A DNA stretch of 64,000 nt from an uncultured Gammaproteobacteria bacterium (GTDB lineage: Bacteria > Patescibacteriota > Microgenomatia > UBA8517): positions 762 to 64,761 of the forward strand of contig CAYSZS010000002.1 of assembly GCA_964435575.1 (NCBI GenBank), written 5' to 3'. Positions 48,131-57,236 of this stretch are shown one piece after another. Position 1 is the first letter of the stretch, and each line of letters opens with the position of its first letter. Below the pieces are notes generated by a model. That model searched no databases. It was not told where the DNA came from and saw nothing but the letters and a program-made list of their open reading frames with translations. Both the position numbers and the translations under genes were made by a program.

Positions 48131-49315
48131 ATGAAAAAAGCTCTATTGAGTTTATTTACTATTGGTGTAATTGGTTTAGTTGTTGTTGCTGTAACACAGT
48201 CCTTTTTCTCCGACACCGAGACTTCGACCGGAAACGTTTTAACCGCTGGAGCTATTGATTTAAAGATAGATAGCGAGTGTACATATAATGGAGAAAGATC
48301 AGAACAGTGTGGCACTTGGGGTCCGGTTGATTTAACAAACGAAAAGTTTTTCAACTTCTTTGACTTGAAACCCGGAGATTATGGCGAAAACACAATAAGC
48401 TTAGACCTTTCCAGTAATCCCGCACACGCTTGCGTAATTGTCGAAAACATGCAGGATGATGATCTGGGTCTGACCGAGCCGGAAAGCGAAGATGGGGATG
48501 TTAGCGACGGTCCTTTTTACGGAGAATTATCTTCCGAACTTCGCTTTTTCACTTGGGCCGATAACGGTCCAGAGCAAAATTCTTGCGATAACGTATGGCA
48601 AGAAGGGGAACTTCCATTGTTTTCTAATGCCGAAGGTCCTGCAAGCGATGTATTGGATGGGAGAAGTTATTACCTTGGAAAGCTAGATCCGGGGAAAAGC
48701 TGTATAGGTGTTTACTGGTGTTACGGGACAATGGCGGTTGGTCCGGGAAACGCCTTGAGTTGTAACGGAGCGCCTGTAAATAACGTTTCACAAACTGATG
48801 CTCTTACCGCCGATATAAGGTTTTATGTAGAGCAATACAGAAATAATCCTAACTTCGTTTGTCCTCTTCCTGAAAAGAGGCTTGTGCTGGAAAATAAAAT
48901 TCCAGATGTCTGGACAGTAATAGAAGATAATAGGTCTGCGACATTAACATGGGCGGGCGACGGTCCAACATTTGACTTCAGCTCTACGCTTATTGCACAA
49001 GGACTGGAGGCAAATACAAAATACAGCTTGATTTATTATGCAGATCCTTGGGAGGGAGATAATCCGGGAGCATTTCTAGGTACTGGTATTTCAAATGGAA
49101 GCGGTGATCTTACTATCGCAGGTAATGTCAACTTAGGTTTTGATTTACCGCATCCATCTGATGCCAACTATCCGACCGGAGCAAAAATCTGGCTAGTATT
49201 GGCAAGTGATTATAATAGCGGTCTGGAATTAACCGGGCCGATGACCGGATGGCAGCCTACAAGGTACTTATTTGAGACAAAGCTGATCAGGTACGACGAT
49301 ACGGATGCGCCTTAA
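48131..49315 (+). CDS. TasA/CalY-like SipW substrate with extra C-terminal domain
   Basis: TQS-FFSDTETSTGNVLTAGAIDL; DLKPGDYGENTIS; FYVEQYRNN. Confidence 0.85.
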   Translation: MKKALLSLFTIGVIGLVVVAVTQSFFSDTETSTGNVLTAGAIDLKIDSECTYNGERSEQCGTWGPVDLTNEKFFNFFDLKPGDYGENTISLDLSSNPAHACVIVENMQDDDLGLTEPESEDGDVSDGPFYGELSSELRFFTWADNGPEQNSCDNVWQEGELPLFSNAEGPASDVLDGRSYYLGKLDPGKSCIGVYWCYGTMAVGPGNALSCNGAPVNNVSQTDALTADIRFYVEQYRNNPNFVCPLPEKRLVLENKIPDVWTVIEDNRSATLTWAGDGPTFDFSSTLIAQGLEANTKYSLIYYADPWEGDNPGAFLGTGISNGSGDLTIAGNVNLGFDLPHPSDANYPTGAKIWLVLASDYNSGLELTGPMTGWQPTRYLFETKLIRYDDTDAP

Positions 49316-49317
49316 AT

Positions 49318-49351
49318 ATTTTTCTAGCCGCTGCCCGGCTGGAGAAAAATC
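49318..49351 (+). terminator. Hairpin after the TasA-like gene
   Basis: TTTTTCTAGCCG-CTGCC-CGGCTGGAGAAAAA. Confidence 0.4.
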
Positions 49352-49463
49352 CGTATCAGGTACAGAAGATATAGACCGAAGCGTGGGAGATTTTATATGG
49401 TATATCAAGAAGGCGAGCCGTCTATTACTTTGAGAGGAAATTTACTCGAACAAGCCGCAATAG

Positions 49464-49503
49464 CATAATCAACATCCGATGTTGTTTAGCTTGTAACATC
49501 GGG
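49464..49503. repeat. Dispersed copy of the RAYT-flanking REP-like hairpin
   Basis: CATAATCAACATCCGATGTTGTTTA...AACATCGGG. Confidence 0.7.
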
Positions 49504-49527
49504 TATTGATGAAAAGATTATATATTT

Positions 49528-51234
49528 ATGAAAATAAGTAAGTTTATACAAAATACTTTAATCGGGTTTCTTTGTATAGTCTTCTTCATTTTTTCAGCAT
49601 TAGCAACATATCTTCTATTAGATTTATTTAAGTTTAATTTACCGATATTGCAACGTAATCAATATCCGATTTTGAATACATTTGAATATCGGGATATTAA
49701 GCTCCCTAAAGCCTTTATCGTCCAGTCGGGTTCAATGGAACCTGCTATTAAAACCGGAAGCATTGTCATAACTAAAAAGGAAGAAATCTATAATCAGGGA
49801 GAAATAATTTCCTATACAAAGGGTTCGAAAAATATCATAACTCACAGAATTCAAGTCAAAAACTATCCTGACGGTATCAATTCTGATCCAGTCTATTTAA
49901 CTGCCGGAGACGCCAACGAGGATTTTGATTCAGGAAGTATAACCAGTGAACAGATAGTAGGTAAGGTCGTTTTGACACTCCCCTATTTGGGCTACGTTGC
50001 CGACTTTGCCAAACAGCCCTACGGCTTTTTGCTTTTGGTCATAGTTCCGGCGACAATTGTTATTTACGAAGAGTTAAAGGGTTTATTAAAGGAAATCTTT
50101 AAAACATTATCTATCATGAAAAGAAAGCTATTTCGTCGTAAGGGTCGTACCCTTAAGTACGACTTAAAGGGTACGACCCTCAAGGCTAAAAACAACGGTC
50201 TGCCTAAAGCTAGTGCAATAGTTCCGATTTTCGGTGCAGCACTTGTTTTTACCGGTCTCGCCTCGTCCTTCTTCTCCGACATAGAAATTTCAATAGGAAA
50301 TTTATTTCAGGCAGGTGATTGGAGTCCCCCCATTGCACAAACATTAGTAATAAATGAAGTATTGTACAAAACAAATTGCACTGTACCTCAAAATAAACAA
50401 TGGATTGAGATATGGAACGGTTTTGATTTCACGGTTAATCTCCAGGATTGGAGTTTAAGAGATGGAGAAGGAAACACAATTCAAATAATTAATTCTGTAA
50501 CTCCCCTCGCCCCCGGAAAATTCGCATTATTGTCCAAATCAAGCGCAACATGGAACGACCAATGTTACGGACCGCTCCTTAGTGATGTTGTTCAAGTCCA
50601 ACTAGGTGGGACAATAAATATTGCAACAGAATCTGGAGCATTTAAATTATTAGATAGCAATCTTGATATCGTAGATGAGGTTTTCTATGGTCCTGACCCT
50701 GCATCAGCAAGTGCCGGTCTTAACTTCTCGTTTGAAAGGGAAGTTTTAGGCCAAAAAACCGGCGGAGTATTTAATGCAATTGATTTTTCTGAAAGAAAAC
50801 CATCAATAGCAGGTTTTGCAATACCTCAAAATCAGGATGTAGTTATTAATGAATTCATCGTCCACGATGGCGGTACCGGACTGGGTAATGATTGGGTTGA
50901 ACTTTATAACAAAACGGGCAGCAGTGTTGACATAAGTGGATGGACTCTCCGTGATACAACCGGTATTTTTCACACTGTTCCAGCTTCCACAACTTTATTA
51001 AATGGCGACTGGTACACTGTTTACAATAGTTCAAACAGACTCGGAAATAGTGGCGACAAAATTTATTTATTTGATTCTGGTAGTAATTTAAAAGATGGAA
51101 TCTCATATTTTCAGTTCTTGCCATCGGTTGGTAGTTCTGTTGGAAGAAATACAGATGGTGGTAACGCTTGGTCAGTTTTTACAGTTCCAACAGATGATAA
51201 TACTAATATAAATCCGACATCACCTTGGCCATAA
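49528..51234 (+). CDS. Fusion of SipW peptidase, internal SipW-cognate motif and two lamin-tail domains
   Basis: SGSMEP, ITHRI, GDAN; ASSFFSDIEISIGNLFQAG; LVINEV..WIEIWN..LQDWSL and VVINEF..WVELYN..ISGWTL. Confidence 0.85.
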   Translation: MKISKFIQNTLIGFLCIVFFIFSALATYLLLDLFKFNLPILQRNQYPILNTFEYRDIKLPKAFIVQSGSMEPAIKTGSIVITKKEEIYNQGEIISYTKGSKNIITHRIQVKNYPDGINSDPVYLTAGDANEDFDSGSITSEQIVGKVVLTLPYLGYVADFAKQPYGFLLLVIVPATIVIYEELKGLLKEIFKTLSIMKRKLFRRKGRTLKYDLKGTTLKAKNNGLPKASAIVPIFGAALVFTGLASSFFSDIEISIGNLFQAGDWSPPIAQTLVINEVLYKTNCTVPQNKQWIEIWNGFDFTVNLQDWSLRDGEGNTIQIINSVTPLAPGKFALLSKSSATWNDQCYGPLLSDVVQVQLGGTINIATESGAFKLLDSNLDIVDEVFYGPDPASASAGLNFSFEREVLGQKTGGVFNAIDFSERKPSIAGFAIPQNQDVVINEFIVHDGGTGLGNDWVELYNKTGSSVDISGWTLRDTTGIFHTVPASTTLLNGDWYTVYNSSNRLGNSGDKIYLFDSGSNLKDGISYFQFLPSVGSSVGRNTDGGNAWSVFTVPTDDNTNINPTSPWP

Positions 51235-51279
51235 ATTACGCTATACATTTGTATTCATGTATTAATACATAGAAACATT

Positions 51280-52446
51280 ATGATAAAGATTAGAAAAATC
51301 AGAGCCATGGGAATAAGAAGGATTAGTGCAATTCTTCTTCTGCCGTTTGTTTTAGTGGGAACATTTCTTGTGTATAAAAATTCCCAAATTACAAGATATG
51401 CTTATGGGGAGGGCGACCCTTTGATTTTAACCTATGATCCTGAGGGTCCTCTTCCTGATCCACCCATGTTTGTTGTCACCAATATGCTCCCGGGTGACTC
51501 TAAAACAAAGGACTTTAATGTCAAAAATGCATCAACTGAGGATGAGTCGGTTACTATGGATTTTATCAAAACTGACGAGGAAAAAGATTTTGCTAACATA
51601 TTGGATGTAGAAGTAACAGAACTTCCCTCAACCGTTATCTTTCAAGGCAAACTTCAGGCTCTTTTTGACGCTCCCCTGTTTAACCTTGGCAACTTCCCTG
51701 CCGGAAGCGACAAAAGTTTCAGAGTCAAAGTAAAATTCCCGGAGAATGCAGGAAATGAGTACCAAAATGCCATGGTCATGTTTGATATAAAATGGCAAAC
51801 AGAACAACCCGAAATAGAAATCCCTGAAGACTGTTCATTTTTGGAATCAGGAATTACCAGGGTTGTTGAAGGAACAGAGGGCAATGACTTCATTATTGGT
51901 AACAAGGAATCTGAGTTATTCATTCTAAAAGGCGGTAACGATATAGTTTTTGGAGGTAAAGGCAACGATATAATCCTCGGAGGCGAGGGTAACGACCCTA
52001 GGCTTGACGGGAGTGACGGAAATGATTGCATTATAGGAGGCCCAGGTAATGACCATCTTGACGGGAGTGATAATAATGATGTTCTTTTCGGAAATGAGGG
52101 AAATGATAACCTTGACGGTGGCGGTAATGATGATCTGATAAAGGCAGGTACAGGAAACGACAATGTAGACGGCGGAGCAGGAAATGACGTAATTTACGGC
52201 GAGGAAGGAAACGATAATATTGAAGGCGGAAGCGGGAATGACAACATTTGGGGAGGAATTGGTAACGATACTATAAAAGGAGAAAGCGGAAATGATAATT
52301 TATATGGAGAAGAAGGGAATGATAACCTACAGGGAGGAAGCGGTATGGACTTTTTGGATGGCGGAGCCGATACGGACACTCTTCATGGAGGTTCAAGTAC
52401 GGATACCTGTGTCAACGGAGAATCAAATACTTCCTGCGAGCTCTAG
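51280..52446 (+). CDS. TasA-like N-terminal domain with RTX-type Ca-binding nonapeptide repeats
   Basis: NMLPGD...GNEYQ; about 18 GGxGND repeats. Confidence 0.8.
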   Translation: MIKIRKIRAMGIRRISAILLLPFVLVGTFLVYKNSQITRYAYGEGDPLILTYDPEGPLPDPPMFVVTNMLPGDSKTKDFNVKNASTEDESVTMDFIKTDEEKDFANILDVEVTELPSTVIFQGKLQALFDAPLFNLGNFPAGSDKSFRVKVKFPENAGNEYQNAMVMFDIKWQTEQPEIEIPEDCSFLESGITRVVEGTEGNDFIIGNKESELFILKGGNDIVFGGKGNDIILGGEGNDPRLDGSDGNDCIIGGPGNDHLDGSDNNDVLFGNEGNDNLDGGGNDDLIKAGTGNDNVDGGAGNDVIYGEEGNDNIEGGSGNDNIWGGIGNDTIKGESGNDNLYGEEGNDNLQGGSGMDFLDGGADTDTLHGGSSTDTCVNGESNTSCEL

Positions 52447-52571
52447 CGCCTTATTTCTGCGACAAACTTCCTCTTGATTTTATATTTTTAGATGTTAATA
52501 CTTAATAATTCGTAAAAAAAGACCCGCCTATGATTTCAAAGCTATGGCGAGGCGAAGGGTGGTGAATAAAT

Positions 52572-52781
52572 ATGAAAAATGTAAAAGGAGCAATTGACCA
52601 TTTAAAAACACACCAAAGTTACCCGGCGACTAAAGAAGAGCTTCTTGCGGAGTGCGACAATCTTTCCGATTTTTCTGATGAGGATAAAGAGTGGTTTAAG
52701 GCAAATCTTCCGGAAGAGCCAGAAGGCGGATTTAAATCGGCAGATGAAGTAATAAAAGCTCTAAGTTTGTCTGAAGAATAA
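52572..52781 (+). CDS. DUF2795-like small protein
   Basis: SYPATKEELL...LPE...FKSADEVIKAL; SD present. Confidence 0.7.
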   Translation: MKNVKGAIDHLKTHQSYPATKEELLAECDNLSDFSDEDKEWFKANLPEEPEGGFKSADEVIKALSLSEE

Positions 52782-52792
52782 TATCAGTAAAT

Positions 52793-53476
52793 TCAAGCTG
52801 CGTAAGCTTGTTGTTTTTCTTTACTTATAATTAAACCTTCTTTCTCTAGTTTTTTCATGCTATTTATAATAAAAGTGTGATGTTCACAAGAGATAATCTT
52901 TTTATTAACTAATTTCATTAGGGCAAGGCTGGCCGTTTCTCTGGAAATTCCTGCGATATTTGCGATATCTTGATGCGTTAAAGGCAGATTTATTGCAATT
53001 TTTCCATCCTGCACGCGTTCTCCAAACCTTTTTGCAGAAAGATAAATAGCGCCGATTACTCTTTTATGTGCGTTTCCGCATAGCATGTATTCGATATTTG
53101 CGAGTACCCCGTCCAAACCTACCAATATTCTTCGAGTCAGTTCAAAAAGAACGTCCGGATTTTCTTTAAGATAAGTCAGAACTACACTTTTTGGGGCTCT
53201 GTGAATAATCGTATCAGTTTGAGCTTGGAAAAAGTAAGAATTTGGAATTCCAGCTATAACCCACATCATGGGGAAATAGGTTCCGGGTTTAAAAATGTTC
53301 AAAGTGAGTTCTCTGCCGTTTTCGAAAATTGTATTTAATTTAACAAACCCTTCCTTTATATAGTAAACGCCTTGGGGTTTGTCTTCGGGACGAAGGATTG
53401 TTTGATTTTTTTTATAGGATATAGTTTTATATTTTGAGAAAAAGCTCCTTAACTTTCCAGGTACGTAATTCTCCAT
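52793..53476 (-). CDS. Crp/Fnr-family transcription regulator
   Basis: cNMP-binding barrel; LTHQDIANIAGISRETAS HTH. Confidence 0.93.
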   Translation of the reverse strand: MENYVPGKLRSFFSKYKTISYKKNQTILRPEDKPQGVYYIKEGFVKLNTIFENGRELTLNIFKPGTYFPMMWVIAGIPNSYFFQAQTDTIIHRAPKSVVLTYLKENPDVLFELTRRILVGLDGVLANIEYMLCGNAHKRVIGAIYLSAKRFGERVQDGKIAINLPLTHQDIANIAGISRETASLALMKLVNKKIISCEHHTFIINSMKKLEKEGLIISKEKQQAYAA

Positions 53477-53494
53477 TTTTTAAAGTATACGCTT

Positions 53495-53533
53495 TGTTAG
53501 AAATTTAACAAATAATAAGTTAGTTTTCTAACT
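53495..53533. promoter_or_regulatory. Two tandem Crp-geometry palindromes
   Basis: TGTTA-N6-TAACA (53495-53510) and AGTTA-N6-TAACT (53518-53533). Confidence 0.55.
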
Positions 53534-53608
53534 GAAATATTTAATCGGACTATATACCGTGTAAAAGTGATTGCTTCATAAAAATCTAAGAGAAAGGGGG
53601 TGAAAATT

Positions 53609-54919
53609 ATGATCAAAAAAATAATTGCAGGAGCAACTGCTGGACTTGCCGGCACTTTACTTTTTGCAGGTCTAGTATTCGCTTTGGTTGGTGATTTACT
53701 CGATACAGTAGGTCTTCCCGGAAACGATAATTGTTCCGTGGCAGGAACCTTTACAGGCACATATTATATGACCATGGAGGGTGGATTCGCAGTAGGTTGT
53801 GCTGGAAATCAGCTCCAAATCTATACTCCTCCTGCGCCCGACGTCGTACCGGGTCTTCCGCCTGATCCTGCGACATTGGTGTCCACACAGACTGTGCTTG
53901 ATGCCGGCGGTAACGCCGTCAACATCAGCGCTTTAGCCTGGGATCCGACAAGGAACAAGGTCTGGGGAGCTTACGACGATAACGTCTATCTCATAGACAT
54001 CGTTGACCCGACTGTCGACGGAAATGCAACAGCAACTTTGCAGTTTAGTCCGTCGGTAAACGCACCAGTAGCAGAAGTTGATCCGTTCGATCTTTTTGGT
54101 AAATTACCAGGAATTACTTTGGTTGACGGGTTAGCCTATGATGGCAACGACGATACTGTCTGGTACACACCGGATGTCCACTGCAATGTTTATCACTTCG
54201 CCTCAGACGGGACATACATTGGTAAAGTAACACCCGAAAACGCAGCGGGTAATTCTGACTGTTCAGTAAGCGGGGTTGTAGTTGGTTCTGCTAACTCACT
54301 CTACATTGGTAGAAACGGTAATAATGAGATAAGAAGAGTTGATAAAACAACAGGAGATTTTATTTCCAATTTCGCTACAACTGCCGGACGGGTTGAGGAC
54401 TTAACTTGCGATCCTGTAACATATGCGCCAAAAGAAGCTGTATTGGCAAAGGACGCATTTAATGTCCTTTACGAAGCCTTTGAAGTGGAAGAGGGCACTT
54501 GTCCATTGCCTGAGCCGAAAGATGAGACGCCTCCAAAGGCTGCCTGTACCGAAACGGTTAATCCTCATGGAGCAACCGTTCCTCCTGCAGGTAAGACTAC
54601 ATTGCCTGGTCCAAGAGGTGGAGATAATGAAGACGGATTCTATGAGCTTTTTGCTGCCGATAACTTGCCGGGTGTAACGATTTGGGTTTCTGACGCATTC
54701 GGTAGCGGTCCTTTCGGACCATTCTTACCAGGAGATAAGGTTAAGATTACCGAAGCACCGGGCGGACCCGCTTCCTCGAAAGCAATGGGAAGTAGTAATG
54801 GTCAAGCAGGGGCAATTCTAACCCACATTACGCTTTTGGGTGACGCTCTGATAACAGCAATAGATGCCGCAGGTAATGCGACAGTTGTAAGTTGTTTGGT
54901 TCCGCCGCCACCGAAATAA
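53609..54919 (+). CDS. Secreted protein with beta-propeller-like repeats
   Basis: GGGGGTGA SD; signal peptide; ALAWDP, GLAYDG, DLTCDP blades. Confidence 0.7.
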   Translation: MIKKIIAGATAGLAGTLLFAGLVFALVGDLLDTVGLPGNDNCSVAGTFTGTYYMTMEGGFAVGCAGNQLQIYTPPAPDVVPGLPPDPATLVSTQTVLDAGGNAVNISALAWDPTRNKVWGAYDDNVYLIDIVDPTVDGNATATLQFSPSVNAPVAEVDPFDLFGKLPGITLVDGLAYDGNDDTVWYTPDVHCNVYHFASDGTYIGKVTPENAAGNSDCSVSGVVVGSANSLYIGRNGNNEIRRVDKTTGDFISNFATTAGRVEDLTCDPVTYAPKEAVLAKDAFNVLYEAFEVEEGTCPLPEPKDETPPKAACTETVNPHGATVPPAGKTTLPGPRGGDNEDGFYELFAADNLPGVTIWVSDAFGSGPFGPFLPGDKVKITEAPGGPASSKAMGSSNGQAGAILTHITLLGDALITAIDAAGNATVVSCLVPPPPK

Positions 54920-54945
54920 ACTTTATTTAAAGGGGGATAGTTGTT

Positions 54946-54986
54946 GGGTTCGGAGGTCTTTCTTGAGATAGGAAGGCCTCCGTCCC
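54946..54986. terminator. GC-rich hairpin between convergent genes
   Basis: CGGAGGTCTTTCT-TGAGAT-AGGAAGGCCTCCG. Confidence 0.55.
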
Positions 54987-54999
54987 GGGGGAAAGAAGA

Positions 55000-55386
55000 T
55001 TAGGGTTCGAGAACGGATTTTTCTTGTGTTCGTAAATTTACCTTGATAGGCCGAACAAACTGAACGCCTAAAGAAGCTATCTTAAATCCAACATTTAATA
55101 TAAACCCCATAAATATAACGTGGGCGATTATATTTAGAGGAGAGTTAATTATTTCAGGAGCAACGAGATCGGTTTTCAAGCCGGTTTCAACGGCTGTTTC
55201 CTTATCTTGTTGGCCTTGTGGAACGTCGGGTGCGACACTGGATAAATCAATGGATATTCCGGGAAGATTGAAAATGTCAACAGGCTTGCCTTTGTTGGTA
55301 AAAACCATATAGATGGAAACCAAGGCCAATGCCATTAAGACCGTTCCTGTTAAGATATACATATACCCGATAACCTTCTCGGTCAT
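55000..55386 (-). CDS. Two-TM hypothetical protein
   Basis: N- and C-terminal hydrophobic helices. Confidence 0.65.
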   Translation of the reverse strand: MTEKVIGYMYILTGTVLMALALVSIYMVFTNKGKPVDIFNLPGISIDLSSVAPDVPQGQQDKETAVETGLKTDLVAPEIINSPLNIIAHVIFMGFILNVGFKIASLGVQFVRPIKVNLRTQEKSVLEP

Positions 55387-55479
55387 AGATAAATATTACA
55401 GCATTATTCGGAGTATATACAATACAAGAAAATGACTTTTTTTGAAAATATTTATTAAAAGGTATATATTTATCCTAGT

Positions 55480-55842
55480 ATGGCAAAAAGAGTTATTCTC
55501 ATCGAGGACGACCTTGACCTTCAGAGGATTTACTCGTCAAAAATAGAAAGCGCAGGATTTGAAGTACTATTGGCTTTGGAAGCTACACAGGGTTGGAACT
55601 TGGTTAAAGGTGAAAAACCGAATATTATTTTACTTGACATAATGCTACCGGGAAAAATGAACGGATTTGATTTTCTCAAAAAGCTCAAAGAAGATACGAA
55701 TCTTAAAAATATTCCCGTAGTCGTCATTACCAATTTGGAAACGGAGAAAGACGAGGCGCTAAAAATTGGGGCCACAGATTATGTAATCAAAGCAAATACC
55801 GACCTTAATCAGATAGTTGAAAAAATAAAAAAATATACTTAA
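55480..55842 (+). CDS. Single-domain response regulator receiver
   Basis: VILIEDD, LLDIMLP, GATDYVIK. Confidence 0.92.
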   Translation: MAKRVILIEDDLDLQRIYSSKIESAGFEVLLALEATQGWNLVKGEKPNIILLDIMLPGKMNGFDFLKKLKEDTNLKNIPVVVITNLETEKDEALKIGATDYVIKANTDLNQIVEKIKKYT

Positions 55843-55843
55843 T

Positions 55844-56101
55844 CTACTCTTTCTTGTAAGACTGGAAGTTATCGGCCTGACTTGGAAATTCCTCTTTTAG
55901 AAATTCAATAACCTTATCTCTAATTTCCGTGGATGCAACTACTCCTTTCTGGGCAGCAGTTTTTGCCCAACTTTCTATATTACCGGCAATTTTTTGAGCG
56001 GCTTCGAATGGAACACCGGCTTTACCTATTGCGGTAACCAGTTTGTCAAAACTCCATGCTTCAAGCCTTCCGTCACGCTTTTTTACGCTAATATCGTTCA
56101 T
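55844..56101 (-). CDS. Stand-alone ATP-cone protein
   Basis: VKKRDGRLEAWSFDKL...VASTEIRDKV. Confidence 0.85.
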   Translation of the reverse strand: MNDISVKKRDGRLEAWSFDKLVTAIGKAGVPFEAAQKIAGNIESWAKTAAQKGVVASTEIRDKVIEFLKEEFPSQADNFQSYKKE

Positions 56102-56145
56102 TTTTCTTCACCCTCTTTCCACTCCTAATCTATAATAACACTTTT

Positions 56146-57216
56146 TTAGCCAATGGTTTTTTCTTCTAAACGCTCCATTTCATAAAGGGCTACGATAAAT
56201 AGAGACTCGCTCCAGCCAAGAGGCGTATTTTCGTTATAGTCAGCGGAATTTGAAAAATAGAGTTCAGGCATGCCCTCGGGGGTATCAATTGTAATGAGAT
56301 TTTTAATCAACTCCTCTACTTTTTCTTTATTTCCCATTTTTTCGTAGATTATGGCAAGCCATGATAATCCGAAAGTCCACTCGGCCTCTTCAGAAATCCC
56401 GTCGGGATTTCTGTTGTAGTAATGGTCTCCCTTGTACCTGACCACTCCCCTTTCTTTAGCAAGGTGATACTCGACGTTCTCAAGTATTTTACCCCTTTGC
56501 TCGTCTGTAACTACATCGTAAGGCCATATAAGTGAAAGTAGTGACAAATCCGTAAATTTATGCTCGCTTTCTCTGGGAAGAAGTAATTTTAGTGAATCTT
56601 CTCCTTTTCGGATTAGCCATAAAGGGACTTCAATTTGTGCCATTTTGGATACTGATTTCAGTCCAGCTACACACGCTCCGACGGAGCTTGCATGTAGCTC
56701 CTCTTCCTCTTCCCAAATTCCGGAATCGGGATCGCTCCAATATTCAATAGATTCCAGATATTTTACCAGCTTATTTATGATTCGGGTATGTTCGGGCGTT
56801 TTTAAGATTGATCTTTTCTGGTTAATTTCCAGTTCTCCCAGCCGAAAAAGAATGCAGCCTATAGCGTCATTTTGTTTATTACCCCACTCTTCCCAAAATT
56901 CGTCAAAAGTTTCAGGATGGAATCGCGCGTGTATTCGTTTGTGGGCTTCTTTTGGTTTTTCTTTAATGGCCCAGTCTATTTTATCTTCGTGTCTGAGAAA
57001 AACGTTCAAAATTGCTCTATACGTTTTTTCGACTGTGTTCCAGTCGCCTATAACTTCAAAAGCAATTGTTTCGTAAAAATTGTCTCTCAACCAACTTTTG
57101 TCGTAGCCAGTTGACAAGCCTTTTTTTGAAGCCAAAAATAAGCCGGACTTAGTTTTTAGACTTTTCAGGATTGTTAAATGTTTTTTTATCAGCTCGTCGT
57201 ATGTAAGTCTGGCCAT
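56146..57216 (-). CDS. GH15-like (alpha/alpha)6 glycoside hydrolase / phosphorylase kinase-like protein
   Basis: SWLRDN, QNDAIG, DSGIWEE, GVVRYKGDHY, PLGWSES. Confidence 0.8.
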   Translation of the reverse strand: MARLTYDELIKKHLTILKSLKTKSGLFLASKKGLSTGYDKSWLRDNFYETIAFEVIGDWNTVEKTYRAILNVFLRHEDKIDWAIKEKPKEAHKRIHARFHPETFDEFWEEWGNKQNDAIGCILFRLGELEINQKRSILKTPEHTRIINKLVKYLESIEYWSDPDSGIWEEEEELHASSVGACVAGLKSVSKMAQIEVPLWLIRKGEDSLKLLLPRESEHKFTDLSLLSLIWPYDVVTDEQRGKILENVEYHLAKERGVVRYKGDHYYNRNPDGISEEAEWTFGLSWLAIIYEKMGNKEKVEELIKNLITIDTPEGMPELYFSNSADYNENTPLGWSESLFIVALYEMERLEEKTIG

Positions 57217-57236
57217 TTTTAGGTTAAAATATTATT

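Noticed and set aside
45097-49315. Diversity-generating retroelement or recombinational shuffling among the TasA-like paralogues
   Set aside because: Shared nucleotide stretches are short and match conserved protein motifs; no reverse transcriptase or adenine-specific TR/VR pair was seen
52523-52556. Riboswitch upstream of the DUF2795-like gene
   Set aside because: It looks like a degenerate member of the short CCGCC...GGCG palindrome family rather than an aptamer
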